From Klebsormidium nitens (lineage: Eukaryota; Plantae; Klebsormidiophyceae), in the NCBI GenBank assembly GCA_000708835.1, contig DF237217.1, positions 1-64,000 of the forward strand: a stretch of DNA of 64,000 nucleotides. The letters run 5' to 3'. Shown piece by piece: positions 50,918 to 61,176 of this stretch. How positions within the stretch are numbered: the first letter of the stretch is position 1; the number at the start of each line of letters is the position of its first letter. The notes under the pieces were generated by a model that worked only from the letters and a program-made list of their open reading frames with translations, searched no databases and was not told where the DNA came from. The translations under genes were made by a program, and so were the position numbers.

Positions 50918-51853
50918 GACGGAACGGCAGACATGGTATAGCGTTGCTCCACCACCGGCTAGCTAGGTGTTGTTAGGTTGCATTGCATTGCAATTCTGTT
51001 GCATTCTTGCAGTATGGTCATTGCGAGTTAGGGTTTGGAACCTCATCGAAGTAGGTTAGGGGTAGGTTAGGGTAGGTTACAGGACTGTGGGCGAATTGAC
51101 TGGCGGACTGACTGGTGACCGAGAATATAGGTATGTGAAACATGTGATTATGCATCAGTCTTTGTATATGAAAGTCCAGCTCCATTCCAAATGTACACAA
51201 TTCATTTTCTAAACTGTCAATCGCATACAAACATAGCTAGGTAGAGCTATTATAGATGCATCACCTGCTCTGCTCTGGTTCATGCATTGTCATACTGTTT
51301 ACGCTAGGATATTTCCAAGCATGTTCACAATAAAGATGATTATAAAGCTTTCACGTTATCAACATAATGATGATTATGAAGCTTTCACATTTTCAACACC
51401 TATCAGTTAACAATGCATGCAATATGCATCTCTGTATATTACGATATCAATCTACAGTAGCTTGAATCGATCTATGGCCTAGGTGGCTACGGCGTGTAAA
51501 AGAGAACATCTATGAAAATGAGAAATTGTATTACGTGTGTGTGCAATTTATTTGTTATGCCTAGATGCTCATGTACAATGCACACACCAATATGCATAAC
51601 AAAGCGAGCTAGGCTCCCGCTAGGCTATAGGTCAAGTTCTGAGTAAGGCTGCCGAACCGCGCGTAGGAAATTTCTAAGTCAAAAAACTGTGCTTTGCGGA
51701 GTGTGTCGAATAGTCACAGTCAGCGAAACTTTCGACGTCGATAATAAATGGTTATCGAAGTACCCATCGATCCAAAGTACCCAGAGTCGGTAATTTTCGA
51801 TAATTATCGATGAATTTTGCGACGGCCGCACGGTATCTTTAACTTTTTCGACC

Positions 51854-51870
51854 CCCCTAGGCTGGTTGTG
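51854..51870 (-). repeat. Right terminal inverted repeat
   Basis: cccctaggctggttgtg. Confidence 0.85.
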
Positions 51871-54800
51871 GAGCCGACGCGACGGGGAGCTACTTTGTTG
51901 TTGCCGACAACCTCCAAGGCGCGCTCCGGGGCCGAAGAGGCGCATGCTGTTCCGCAGCAGCAAGGGGGCTTGGTATTCCGAGGGCAAGCGCGACGGCCGG
52001 GTGCCCAAGCCTTGTGGATTGCTCGCACTGATGTCGTGGCGGCGAAGGCGGCTCTGAGGTCGGACGAAGGGGACGTTTCTGTGGCCGACCAGCTGATCCT
52101 GAACCTCTCGGAACCCCTGTCAATGGCCGCAATGAGTTGGCTCAAGCGATGGGACGGAAACTTGCCAGAGATTGGAGGGGTGCCCACGGCGGCCCCCCCT
52201 TTGCGGCAGGGTTGTGAGGAAGGGTTGGCGGCCGAGGAACGGTACCTCGTTGAGTTGCTCGAGAGGCGGCCCCACGAGCGAGCGACATGCGCTGGCGACT
52301 CGTGCTTCTGTCGACAACACGATCGACTCTTTGGCGAGGCCGCCGCACACGTCTTTGATGATCGGGGGAGCAAAGGGGGCGATCGTGGAAGGGAGGGGGG
52401 GTCGGTTGGGGAGTTGCCTCCTCGCAAACGGGCGAGGCGGAACAAGGCGTTTTGAGAAGGGCACCAACAAGGCGCGCATACGGTGGCAGCTCAGGGCTAG
52501 ACCGCTCGACCGCCAACAGAAGCAAGGGGGAAGGAGGCAATCCGGGGTTGGGTCGACGCGTGCACGAGCTGTTCGATGGCCTCCTTGGCAGCCGCCGGCG
52601 GTCGATGCGAGCACGGAAAGGCTTCGCGGGTTCGCGTCCCCGTCATGCTTCTAACAACGGAGGCCGTCCAAGTCACGAGGCCCAAGATGGCGCGGCCCAG
52701 CGATACGCACGACATTCACGACCCGCTCGTGACTTCGCTCGACCGACCCGTTTCTGTTAGCGAGCTTTGCAAGTGCCACTTTGCGGGGCTGTCGGAGAAG
52801 GGGTTGTTGAGCGCGCCCTGCCCCCTCGAGTTGCCGGCGTGTGGCGGTTCGTGGGTCGAGGCATGGGTCAAGGCCGACGTGACGGCCGCCCAGTGGAGCC
52901 AATCGGTGCGGGTGCGGATCTACCGCTGTCGATGCCTCGACGAGGCGCACACAATCCACTTCGACGGAGAGCACTTGGGGCTGTATGCTTGGAACCGGCG
53001 GACCCTCTTCGTGCAGAAAAGCTTGCAGCTGTTGCTGAGGGGGATGCAGCACGGCCACAGCTTCAAGGCCGAGCTTGCGACCCATCAAACGGCCTTCGAG
53101 TGGGCCCCCGACGCTGCCGTTCTGAGCGAGGAGACGTGGAGGCGAGCGAGCCTCGACTTTTTCAAGCTGGTCGGCCTCGGGCTTCGAGAGTGCTGCTCGC
53201 TGTGCGGGCCTCATCCCAAGGTGAGCTCGTCAAGGCCCACTAGACTTCATCAATCTTGGACACGAGACTCTCATGTCTGTGCCGTCTCTGCTGTCACCCA
53301 GCTCTCCTGCAGACCAAGGACATTAAGTAGAACGTTGTGCGGCCGGCCATACCCTCCCTCATCATACGTGATGATGTACACGAATTTGAAAGTACACTTG
53401 TGCACACACGCAGGTGCTGCTTTGCGACGGCATCGTGGGGTTGGCGAGCACCGACGGCGCACAAAAGCCTAGGGGGCTTGGCAGCTCCTCGCTCGACGCA
53501 CGGCGCACGTTCTGCCACCCGAGCCGTCACTCGACCGGGGAGCTCCTCGAGAAGCGATCGATCTCGGGGCGCGACTACTGTGGGTCCGGCCTCCATGGGG
53601 GAGGGATAAAGCGCAAGCTTTTGTTGCAACCGGAGCTACGAGAGGCGCTCGCACGACTGTCTCAGCATTGGCGGAGGGACGAGAAGCTCGGGAAGAGGTT
53701 GTCAAGGGTGGATTTTGGGAACCTCATTGCCGGCTTGGCTCACGGAGACACCACAATCGTGAAGCCCTTTGGCGCCGAGGAGGCCGAAGGCCCGCTCTCG
53801 GAGGACGGCAAAAGGCGAATGCTTGCTGAGCAGCTGTAAACGATTGTGCGGGACCGCAACCTGGCCGTCTTTGAGCTGCTGACGGGCATCCAGGCCGACT
53901 TCGAAAAGCGAGGGTTGAGCCCAGACCTGTGGGACCATTGGGTCGGCGAGTGGACGGAGCTCCTCTACTCCCTCGGCGCGCACGATTCGGACGAGGACCT
54001 GATCGGAGTTGGCGCGCTGCACGTGGTGCGGAAGCTCTTGCTGGGCGGCGAGGCCTCTCTCAAGGACCGCCGCGAGTTGGGACGAGATGCGCCCATCTTG
54101 CGGCGGCTCTTGGACTTATATGGAGGGCTCACGTTTCCGGCCTTCTTCATGCGCACCCTCCATCACCTGTACCTGCTCGCGCTCCTCGCGCGGGGGGCAA
54201 CGGGGTTCGAATCCGAGGGGCGGTTTGGTTGGGTGCACGAGGCAATCGACTCATTTGAACGAGCTGTCGTCCTTCTTGCGGAGGGCCGAAGGCGCCCCCT
54301 TAGCATTGAGGAGCGCCGACGGCTGGACGAGGCTCGAGGGTTGGCGAACGAGCTGCTCCCAGGAGTTGAGAGGCTGGAGCCGAACGCGGAGCAATGGGAG
54401 AGCATGAGCAACCACGAGCGCTCGCTTTTGAGAGAGAGGCTAGGACGAGACGAGGAGGGAGGCGGCCTGCATCCGCTTCCGTCAGAGCATAGCTTCCGTG
54501 CCGAGCAAGACGCTCTTGCGTGCTACAGCCTTCTCGGTTGGGAACAGAAGCGGGGCTTGCCGCACTACTCGAGCTTCGAGCATCCGGACGGCCGGAGCAA
54601 GAGCTCAGAGGAGTTCAAATGCGCCACGGGAAAGACCGTGACCCAGTGGGATGCGGAGAATGTAGTCGGGTTGGTGAAAGCGGCCGGGAAGCTCTCGGGA
54701 AAGAAGGGAAACGCCAGCAAGCGGCCGAATAGAAGCAGAGGGGTCTTTGTGTTTTGTTGCCCCCACAGAGTGATCTACGGGTTCCACACAATGCTGCGCG

Positions 54801-55514
54801 GGGAGAGCCCTCGAGACCCATTTACGGTCCTTTTCACGCGGCTCAGACGCGAGGACTTGCCCGAAATCCTCGTATACGACAACGCGTGTGCGCTTCGCAA
54901 CTACTGCATGCGCCGGGCGCCGGCTCACTTTGCCAAGGTTCGGTTTGTAGTCGACAGGTGAGAAGTCGCCCTTTCAAGTATTGGTATGGGGCTTCAACAA
55001 TTCGTGTACATTCGGACTTATTTGCAGTGGGCGTTGTTGCAGAGCCTTTTGTCATCCAACGTTTGCGTGTACATTGGAACACATTTGCAGTTGCGCCGGG
55101 ATGAGAGTTGTGATCGTTGGATCGAAATGTGTACATTGATTCCAATTTTGCGAATAAAGACCGATGTACACTTTCCATGTACAGGTTCCACTATGCAAAG
55201 GCTGGAGCAGAAGTACACAAGTGCGGCCCCTCCAATTGTCCAGAGAGCTACTGCGGACTACACTGGGTGAACACGTCGGCCGTGGAGTCAGTTAACAGCT
55301 TTCTCAAGGGCTTTAGGGGTCTGGGGTGGTATTCAGGGCTTGACAACCTCATGGTGATACTGCCTCTGCTCCTCGGCGGCTATAACAGCTCTTTAAGACG
55401 AGTCGACAACGCCAAGCTTAGCATCGCGATTGGAGCGGCTGTTTGGGTGGTTGGGATTCGAAGAAGACTCTTGCTAGGCTAGCACGACGTTCTGCCGTAC
55501 TTGTGGCTTCTCTT

Positions 55515-55995
55515 ATTTATGATACAAAGATTGATACAAGATTTGAGTACTGTATCAGGCTGTAAACGATACATAATGTGTCTTTTGATGCCGTCAAAAT
55601 GTTTGCAATGGGTGTGGTGCGGTGTCGACGGGGAATGAATTTTGATTTTTGGGACAAGATCATGTCGAAAATGGCGATTTTTTTCCTGATACAAGTGATA
55701 CAAATGATACACAAATTGGCGGCTTGTGGCTCTCTATATAAGACTTTTTTTTTTTCCCAAAAAACTTTCATATACTTATGTGTGTATCATGTATCATTTG
55801 TATCACGCCAAAAGGACGCGTCTCCCACCAACTAACCATTGCAAGGAGTGATGTGTCCTAACTACTTCGTTTTTTGCACACCTTTGACAACCAAAGTCCA
55901 TCACAATTGCATCAAAAAGAAAAGATGAACGACGTTCGAGAGCTGATACACGCCCGTTTGAAATGGGCATTATCTTGTATCACCGTGTATCACGC
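55515..55995. promoter_or_regulatory. Iteron-like GATACA/TGTATC repeat cluster, candidate replication origin
   Basis: GATACA at 55521, 55533, 55568, 55688, 55697, 55706; TGTATC at 55551, 55783, 55790, 55799, 55976, 55986. A perfect 17-bp inverted repeat (gtgatacaaatgataca / tgtatcatttgtatcac) flanks a T/A-run spacer. Confidence 0.55.
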
Positions 55996-56052
55996 CCCAA
56001 TTTGCCCCCCTTCTTCTTTATCCGTTGGCACTTTTTCTATCTGTTCGTTCAT

Positions 56053-58941
56053 CTAATCTTTGTCGGTCATCGGATCTTTGTCGGTCCTCAAACGGATTCC
56101 AAAGAACCCTCTTCCTCGATCACTTGGAGACTTATTCAGCTTTTGAATCATTCGGCCCGTCCCCTTTGGAGGATCCTGCGGGAACCCCTTCAAGAGCATT
56201 GCTCTTGCCAAGCCATCGCCCGCCAGTCTCGTATCATGTCGACCAGCATACAGAAAGTTCATAAAGGCCTCAACAAAATCAACCTTAGCAACACTCTCGT
56301 TGCTTCCTTTGATGCAAGCCTCGTCTATGAAAGCTTGAAGTTTATCATTCTCCTCCGCATACTCCTTGGCAGCCACATTGAATTCTTCGGGGATAGGTGA
56401 GAGAACTTTTGAGGCAGGGGCAAGTGCCTTTTTGGCATAATACATGGCCGCTCCCTGAACGCAAAAGTCCAGAGTGTCTGCTGCACCCTCGTCCGATTCA
56501 AGGTATGGCGTGAGGCTCAAGTCAATGGGCTTGTGCCATTTGTTGCTTTTATCGAGCTTGTCGGGGTTTTTGAACGTGTAGTTGAACATGATGAGTACAA
56601 GTCGTCGGATCAATGCAGCATCGTCGCTTGGAAAATGCGGCCTATAATTTGTAAACAAGCAGAGCTTGAATTGTGGCATGTAGGTTTGATGCTTGCAAAA
56701 CAGTTCGCGTGCATTGAGTCTGCCGCCTCCACTTGTCTGCTTCACAAAGGATGTATTGAGCTCTTCGACTCCTTCCGATTCGTCGTGTGTGACAAACCTC
56801 TTCGTTCGGATCTGCATGAGGTGAGTTGATGCCGTGGATGCGTTGGCCCTGAAGGAGGGCTTGATGAAGATTGCCTTCTCCCCAACGCAAGAGTAGCCTC
56901 CTAGTGCCCTTTCGAGTGCTCGCAACAGCGTGGTTTTACCATTCGCTCCACTGAAGCCGTTTGCGATGACAAAAAGCTCCTCCGATGTCTCGCCCGTAAG
57001 ACAATATCCCAAGAACATTTGAAGCCACACAATCGCCGATGGTGGTAGAACATCCATCAGAAATGTCCGGAATCTGGCAGTTGATCGTGTGGAAGCACCC
57101 GGGATGTACTTGCACGTCTGATTGTTGCAGAGGTTCTGGGGGTGATGGGGCAGAAGTTTTCCCGTTCGAAGATTAATCAAGCCATTTGGGGCGTTGGCAA
57201 CCGCACGATCCTGATCAAATTTGTCAAGCAAACCGGGCACGTGCAATTCGTTGAACGCGGAGTGCATACACTTGCGCACGTCGACAATATCTTGCACATT
57301 GATCTTGCCAAAGTCGGGCATGCTCTCGTCACGCTCCTTCATGCACGCTTCTGTAGCCAGCTTGATCTTTCTCAGCTGCTTTGAATTAAGCTCGTCTATC
57401 TTGAGAGGCCTCAAAACGCCATCCACCACAAAACCCTCCAAATCCGGATGCTTTGAGTACAGAGCCCCCAGAGCTTTCTCCCGCTGTCTCTCATACCATG
57501 ATAGCAAACAACCCATCTGATTTGTGAACACGCTGGTAACAAGGTTCGACGTGTCTTGCACCCACGAGGAACCATTCCATGCAAAAAAGAGCTGGTCTCG
57601 ACTCTTCTCCACCTCGTTGGTGGTTGCAAGGATACGGCCCTCGATCATGTACAGGTAGGCGAACAGGCGTCCGAGATTGGCGTATGCCTTTGGAGCCGCA
57701 TGCTCAACAACGTTTTTGAGCAACAAATTCTGGACTTCTCGCGTTCCTCTCGTGTATTGAGTGACAACTTGCATATCGTCGTAAGGATCCACGGGCTCTG
57801 TGGTTGCATCTTGCAAGGCAGCCTTGAGGTCGTCCAAGACCCCAAGCTTTTTGACCGGCTTGTGGGAGCATTCGTTGCCATGACAGCGATAGTAGACATT
57901 CAGGCCTCTTTTGAGGAGGTTGAAATTGTTGCTTCCCGAGTGCATATGGCCAAGGAAGCACCTTCGAGGCCCATGCGTTCTGTAGCAATAGTACGTCCCA
58001 TAAAGGCCGTGTGACAGCGACCCTGCGTATGTGCTCGTCGTATCGCCGACCTCTTTGAGCATCTCAGCCAGTTTAGCCAGGAAGAGGTCTTTGCTGTGTG
58101 GCGACCCAGAGCTCACGGACGGCGGATTGAGCTCAATGCTTGAAGCCTCAACGCCCTCTAATCCTGATGCATCCACGAACCCTGCCAACTCGGATCCAAC
58201 GCTTGAGCTCTCTTCCTCTTCTTCCGTCGTCGCGCACTTGCCGGCATTGTTGTTTACTAACTCGGTGAGCCATTGAGGCATATTTTGGCATGCGTCGTAG
58301 CTTGGCGGGCCGTTAAGCCACTGGTACGTCTTGAGCTCACCTTGGCCATCCACGTAGCTTGCCGGTTGCGCGAACATCACCCCTCCTACGCCACGACCAT
58401 CCACCCCAAAAACCTTGCCATCAACCTTCATAGTGGAAAAGTTACGTGTGCGTTTGAGGCCCGGTGAATTTGATTTAAAGTAGTAATGCAAACCTCCCGA
58501 TCCACTCTTTGCTTTTAGTGTGTTTGGTTCTCCATGGATAGCGACAAGTCGATTCCAAAGTTCGGTTCCCGGATCCTTTGTGTTATCGCCGGTGACATCA
58601 ATATCGATTCCCATGATGCCGCTAGCCTCTGTCAATATCGCAACTCCATTTGCATTTCGAAAATCTCGCAATGTTTTATTGATGGCCATCTCCCACGACT
58701 CGGGAGTCGTCATATGCGCCCACTTTGGAAATTGAGCAGCCTTTTTGGCTTTTGCGGGTTCCCCCTCGGCATCTTTTTTTCCCTTGCCGGAATCCCAGTA
58801 CATGCGTATCGGTATAGCAAACAGGCCGACATCACACAGTCGTTGGATCTTGTCTCCGATGGCTTTCGGCCCTAGGCCTCTGGCCTCTCTGGTGGCCTGG
58901 GGTCCTGGGGCGCTGGCTTGTTCCATGCCTGGTGCGGACAT
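56053..58941 (-). CDS. Bifunctional Prim-Pol primase fused to a D5-like SF3 helicase (962 aa)
   Basis: Prim-Pol motifs GIMGIDID, KSGSGGLHYYF, DGRGVGG..FAQPAS. Cys/His zinc segment CFLGHMH...YYRCHGNEC. D5_N FAWNGSSW and NAPNGLINLRTGKL. Walker A GFSGANGKTT, Walker B FVTHDES, motif C LFTNY, Arg finger ALIRRL. Confidence 0.92.
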   Translation of the reverse strand: MSAPGMEQASAPGPQATREARGLGPKAIGDKIQRLCDVGLFAIPIRMYWDSGKGKKDAEGEPAKAKKAAQFPKWAHMTTPESWEMAINKTLRDFRNANGVAILTEASGIMGIDIDVTGDNTKDPGTELWNRLVAIHGEPNTLKAKSGSGGLHYYFKSNSPGLKRTRNFSTMKVDGKVFGVDGRGVGGVMFAQPASYVDGQGELKTYQWLNGPPSYDACQNMPQWLTELVNNNAGKCATTEEEEESSSVGSELAGFVDASGLEGVEASSIELNPPSVSSGSPHSKDLFLAKLAEMLKEVGDTTSTYAGSLSHGLYGTYYCYRTHGPRRCFLGHMHSGSNNFNLLKRGLNVYYRCHGNECSHKPVKKLGVLDDLKAALQDATTEPVDPYDDMQVVTQYTRGTREVQNLLLKNVVEHAAPKAYANLGRLFAYLYMIEGRILATTNEVEKSRDQLFFAWNGSSWVQDTSNLVTSVFTNQMGCLLSWYERQREKALGALYSKHPDLEGFVVDGVLRPLKIDELNSKQLRKIKLATEACMKERDESMPDFGKINVQDIVDVRKCMHSAFNELHVPGLLDKFDQDRAVANAPNGLINLRTGKLLPHHPQNLCNNQTCKYIPGASTRSTARFRTFLMDVLPPSAIVWLQMFLGYCLTGETSEELFVIANGFSGANGKTTLLRALERALGGYSCVGEKAIFIKPSFRANASTASTHLMQIRTKRFVTHDESEGVEELNTSFVKQTSGGGRLNARELFCKHQTYMPQFKLCLFTNYRPHFPSDDAALIRRLVLIMFNYTFKNPDKLDKSNKWHKPIDLSLTPYLESDEGAADTLDFCVQGAAMYYAKKALAPASKVLSPIPEEFNVAAKEYAEENDKLQAFIDEACIKGSNESVAKVDFVEAFMNFLYAGRHDTRLAGDGLARAMLLKGFPQDPPKGTGRMIQKLNKSPSDRGRGFFGIRLRTDKDPMTDKD

Positions 58942-59048
58942 GTTCTTGTGTAGCACAAGAAAAAAAAGGCGTCAATCAAACGCACCTCTAATCCAGACCG
59001 CGGTCGAGGCACAGCAAAAATAATCTCATATATCAGCAGGACTTAGAG

Positions 59049-59408
59049 ATGGTCCATCAAATGCACGAGAGCTTTTTGAATCCCTCTGACAAGACCTCGG
59101 ATATGCATGTTCCATGCCCGTGTCAAGCTTGCCAAAAGCACAGGGAATACGCAAAAACTCATCCGGAGCAGCACAATGCTAACATGAGGGCATACTATCA
59201 TCGACATCACGAAGCAATTTTACTACGCAAGGCGTATCAGAGGTATGTGAGTGGTCGAACAAAGAAGCTTCATAAGACCACAACTCAACGATTGATTGAT
59301 GCTGGCTTTGACATGCCTCAAGTAATGGCCTCTTTGAATACGCTGGATGAATCCAGAGTACCAACCGTTCCAATGAGCTCGTTCACAGCAGGTATCGAAG
59401 TTTCCTAA
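59049..59408 (+). CDS. Small basic protein with CxCxxC motif, divergent from the primase
   Basis: 119-aa ORF: PCPCQACQKHREY...RAYYHRHHEAILLRKAYQRY. Starts ~110 bp from the primase start codon. Confidence 0.5.
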   Translation: MVHQMHESFLNPSDKTSDMHVPCPCQACQKHREYAKTHPEQHNANMRAYYHRHHEAILLRKAYQRYVSGRTKKLHKTTTQRLIDAGFDMPQVMASLNTLDESRVPTVPMSSFTAGIEVS

Positions 59409-59447
59409 ACGAGCTGTTCAAGTGGCAAGTGGACGAATTTAAACCGT

Positions 59448-60310
59448 TCAAAATTTAATACGCGATCCGTCCGGTAAAAATTTGAGCTCATAGTGGCGCA
59501 TCGCTATTGGCGCTGTGTGCAACATTGACTTGGCAAGCTGGTCCCTTTCATAGAGGCTTGGTGCATCCTTCATTGCATTGCTGACCGTGATTTTTCTCAA
59601 AAGGCACGAACCCAGATTCGAATCCGGATAAATGGCCGCCAAGAATTTTGTGAGATATCCTGATCCCATTGGGGCGTCTGGTGTCCTCATTCGACTGAGC
59701 AGGTACTTTCGCGGGAAGATAGCAAGGCTTTCAGCAATCACGTTGCCCAGTCGGACCGGTATGTCAAAAACCTGCGGCCCGTGTGCCTTGTCGGTCTTGT
59801 ACGAGTTCAGATGGAGCCTATAGCTGCCCTTTGCATACTCCAGGAGGTAGTTGCGAGATCCAGACATTAGCTCACGTGCGGCGGTGCTCCCAACCTCTTC
59901 AAAGCCCNNNNNNNNNNNNNNNNNNNNNNNNNNNNNNNNNNNNNNNNNNNNNNNNNNNNNNNNNNNNNNNNNNNNNNNNNNNNNNNNNNNNNNNNNNNNN
60001 NNNNNNNNNNNNNNNNNNNNNNNNNNNNNNNNNNNNNNNNNNNNNNNNNNNNNNNNNNNNNNNNNNNNNNNNNNNNNNNNNNNNNNNNNNNNNNNNNNNN
60101 NNNNNNNNNNNNNNNNNNNNNNNNNNNNNNNNNNNNNNNNNNNNNNNNNNNNNNNNNNNNNNNNNNNNNNNNNNNNNNNNNNNNNNNNNNNNNNNNNNNN
60201 NNNNNNNNNNNNNNTGGTTTTCGTGTCAAATCATCAAACACGTTGCGGAGCAGCTGTTCTGTTGACAACGAGGTTCTTATAACCTTTGTGGTTGCATCTG
60301 AAGCTGTCAT
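59448..60310 (-). CDS. Tyrosine recombinase/integrase (middle portion in assembly gap)
   Basis: C-terminal half has YKTDKAHG (catalytic Lys), CLLRKI (HxxR position with Leu for His), MLHT and MRHY (nucleophile Tyr). The frame is open into the gap, and an ATG-started ORF lies on the far side at 60310. Confidence 0.78.
59908..60214. other. Assembly gap (N run)
   Basis: Run of n characters. Confidence 1.
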
Positions 60311-60570
60311 GCCTAGGGTATCTAGATACTGAGGAAAAAAAGATGAACGGCATCTGGCCGCGAAGTGCTCAGATACCGAATTTCCGTGTTCATCTTTCTT
60401 TTCACGGTTTTGGTGCGTCTAGGAGCTTTTCATGGTTATCTCACACGCAAAGACTTCTAAAACCCGGCATAGGGGCTTTTACGCCACTCCACTATCGGCC
60501 GATATCTGAATATTGCCAGATACACGAATATGGGTGTACAGAATCTCTAAAACGGGGCCTTTTCAGCAAT

Positions 60571-61131
60571 TCAGTATGTGGGAGAGGCATTGCCATGTGG
60601 GGATTCGGTGGCATGGCGAATTTTGTTGGGATTTGCAAGCGCCTCTAATTCCAAGATTGGTGCCTCACTCCACACGATGCTAGGGGCATATTGGGCACTC
60701 GATGGAGAACGGGCTCGGATGTCTGTGCAAGCGGTTGCAAGATCCGACTCTCGTTCATGCAACATGTTCTTTGATTGGGATTCCTTTGAGCGTAGCTTCT
60801 TTGCTTGACGTTGAGCGCGAGACGCGTTCTTAAGGGCAACCCGCCAACTGACCTTGACAGCAAATGGACCATGGATGCCGCTTCGATCCCAGTAAGAGTG
60901 AAACCCTTCAGCATTTAGGGATCGTGCTAGCGCTCGAGTGATGTGACGCAGATTGAACGGTTCGGCGAGGGCGCGGATTCCCGCTAGGGCTGCTGGTTCA
61001 AGAATCGTTTCAAGCATCCCAAACTCTCTATAGAATCTCACTATTGCGGTCTTTCCACTCTCAAAGACAGCTCGATCCATCTGCTCGATTGCAAACGTTG
61101 TTGGAGGACGATAGCCCAAGATTGCATCCAT
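60571..61131 (-). CDS. Hypothetical protein (186 aa) within the virus-like module
   Basis: ATG-started ORF, co-oriented and tightly packed between the HIRAN and recombinase ORFs. No motif recognised. Confidence 0.45.
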   Translation of the reverse strand: MDAILGYRPPTTFAIEQMDRAVFESGKTAIVRFYREFGMLETILEPAALAGIRALAEPFNLRHITRALARSLNAEGFHSYWDRSGIHGPFAVKVSWRVALKNASRAQRQAKKLRSKESQSKNMLHERESDLATACTDIRARSPSSAQYAPSIVWSEAPILELEALANPNKIRHATESPHGNASPTY

Positions 61132-61176
61132 CGTGAGGCTATAGTACGTTCGACAAAAGAAATGTTACACGCTTGC

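Larger units (their letters stand above)
44663..51870. mobile_element. 7.2-kb two-gene DNA transposon with CAC...GTG ends, 17-bp imperfect TIRs and a 2-bp (GA) target-site duplication; RAG1/Transib/Chapaev (CMC)-related
   Basis: Left end CACAACCAGCCTTGGGG and right end (reverse complement) CACAACCAGCCTAGGGG match at 16/17. GA flanks both sides (44661-62, 51871-72). Removing the element and one GA rejoins the host KDZ frame: ...gag cgg gtt gga|gcc gac gcg acg ggg agc tac (ERVG-ADATGSY). Confidence 0.87.
43378..55482 (+). pseudogene. Disrupted SWIM-finger / CxC / KDZ (Kyakuja-Dileera-Zisupton) transposase gene, split by a nested transposon
   Basis: 5' part join(43378-43459, 43566-43976, 44285-44662) with SWIM CSC-x10-CVH. 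3' part 51873-53220, 53414-54957, 55185-55482 with LCDG, GVFVFCCPHRVIYGF..L.GESPRD, VYDNAC, VDRFH and NTSAVESVN. In-frame stops at 52453, 52498 and 53837, and apparent frameshifts around 51900-52035. Confidence 0.85.

Noticed and set aside
44663-51870. 12/23 recombination-signal-like architecture in the TIRs
   Set aside because: Only CAC is shared with the RSS heptamer. The right end has an A-run 12 nt after the first 7 bases (TCGAAAAAG, 5/9 match to the nonamer), but the left end has nothing at 12 or 23 nt, so this is compatible with chance.
52120-54411. Numerous long overlapping ORFs antisense to the KDZ gene
   Set aside because: Expected shadows in very GC-rich coding sequence, with no independent motifs.
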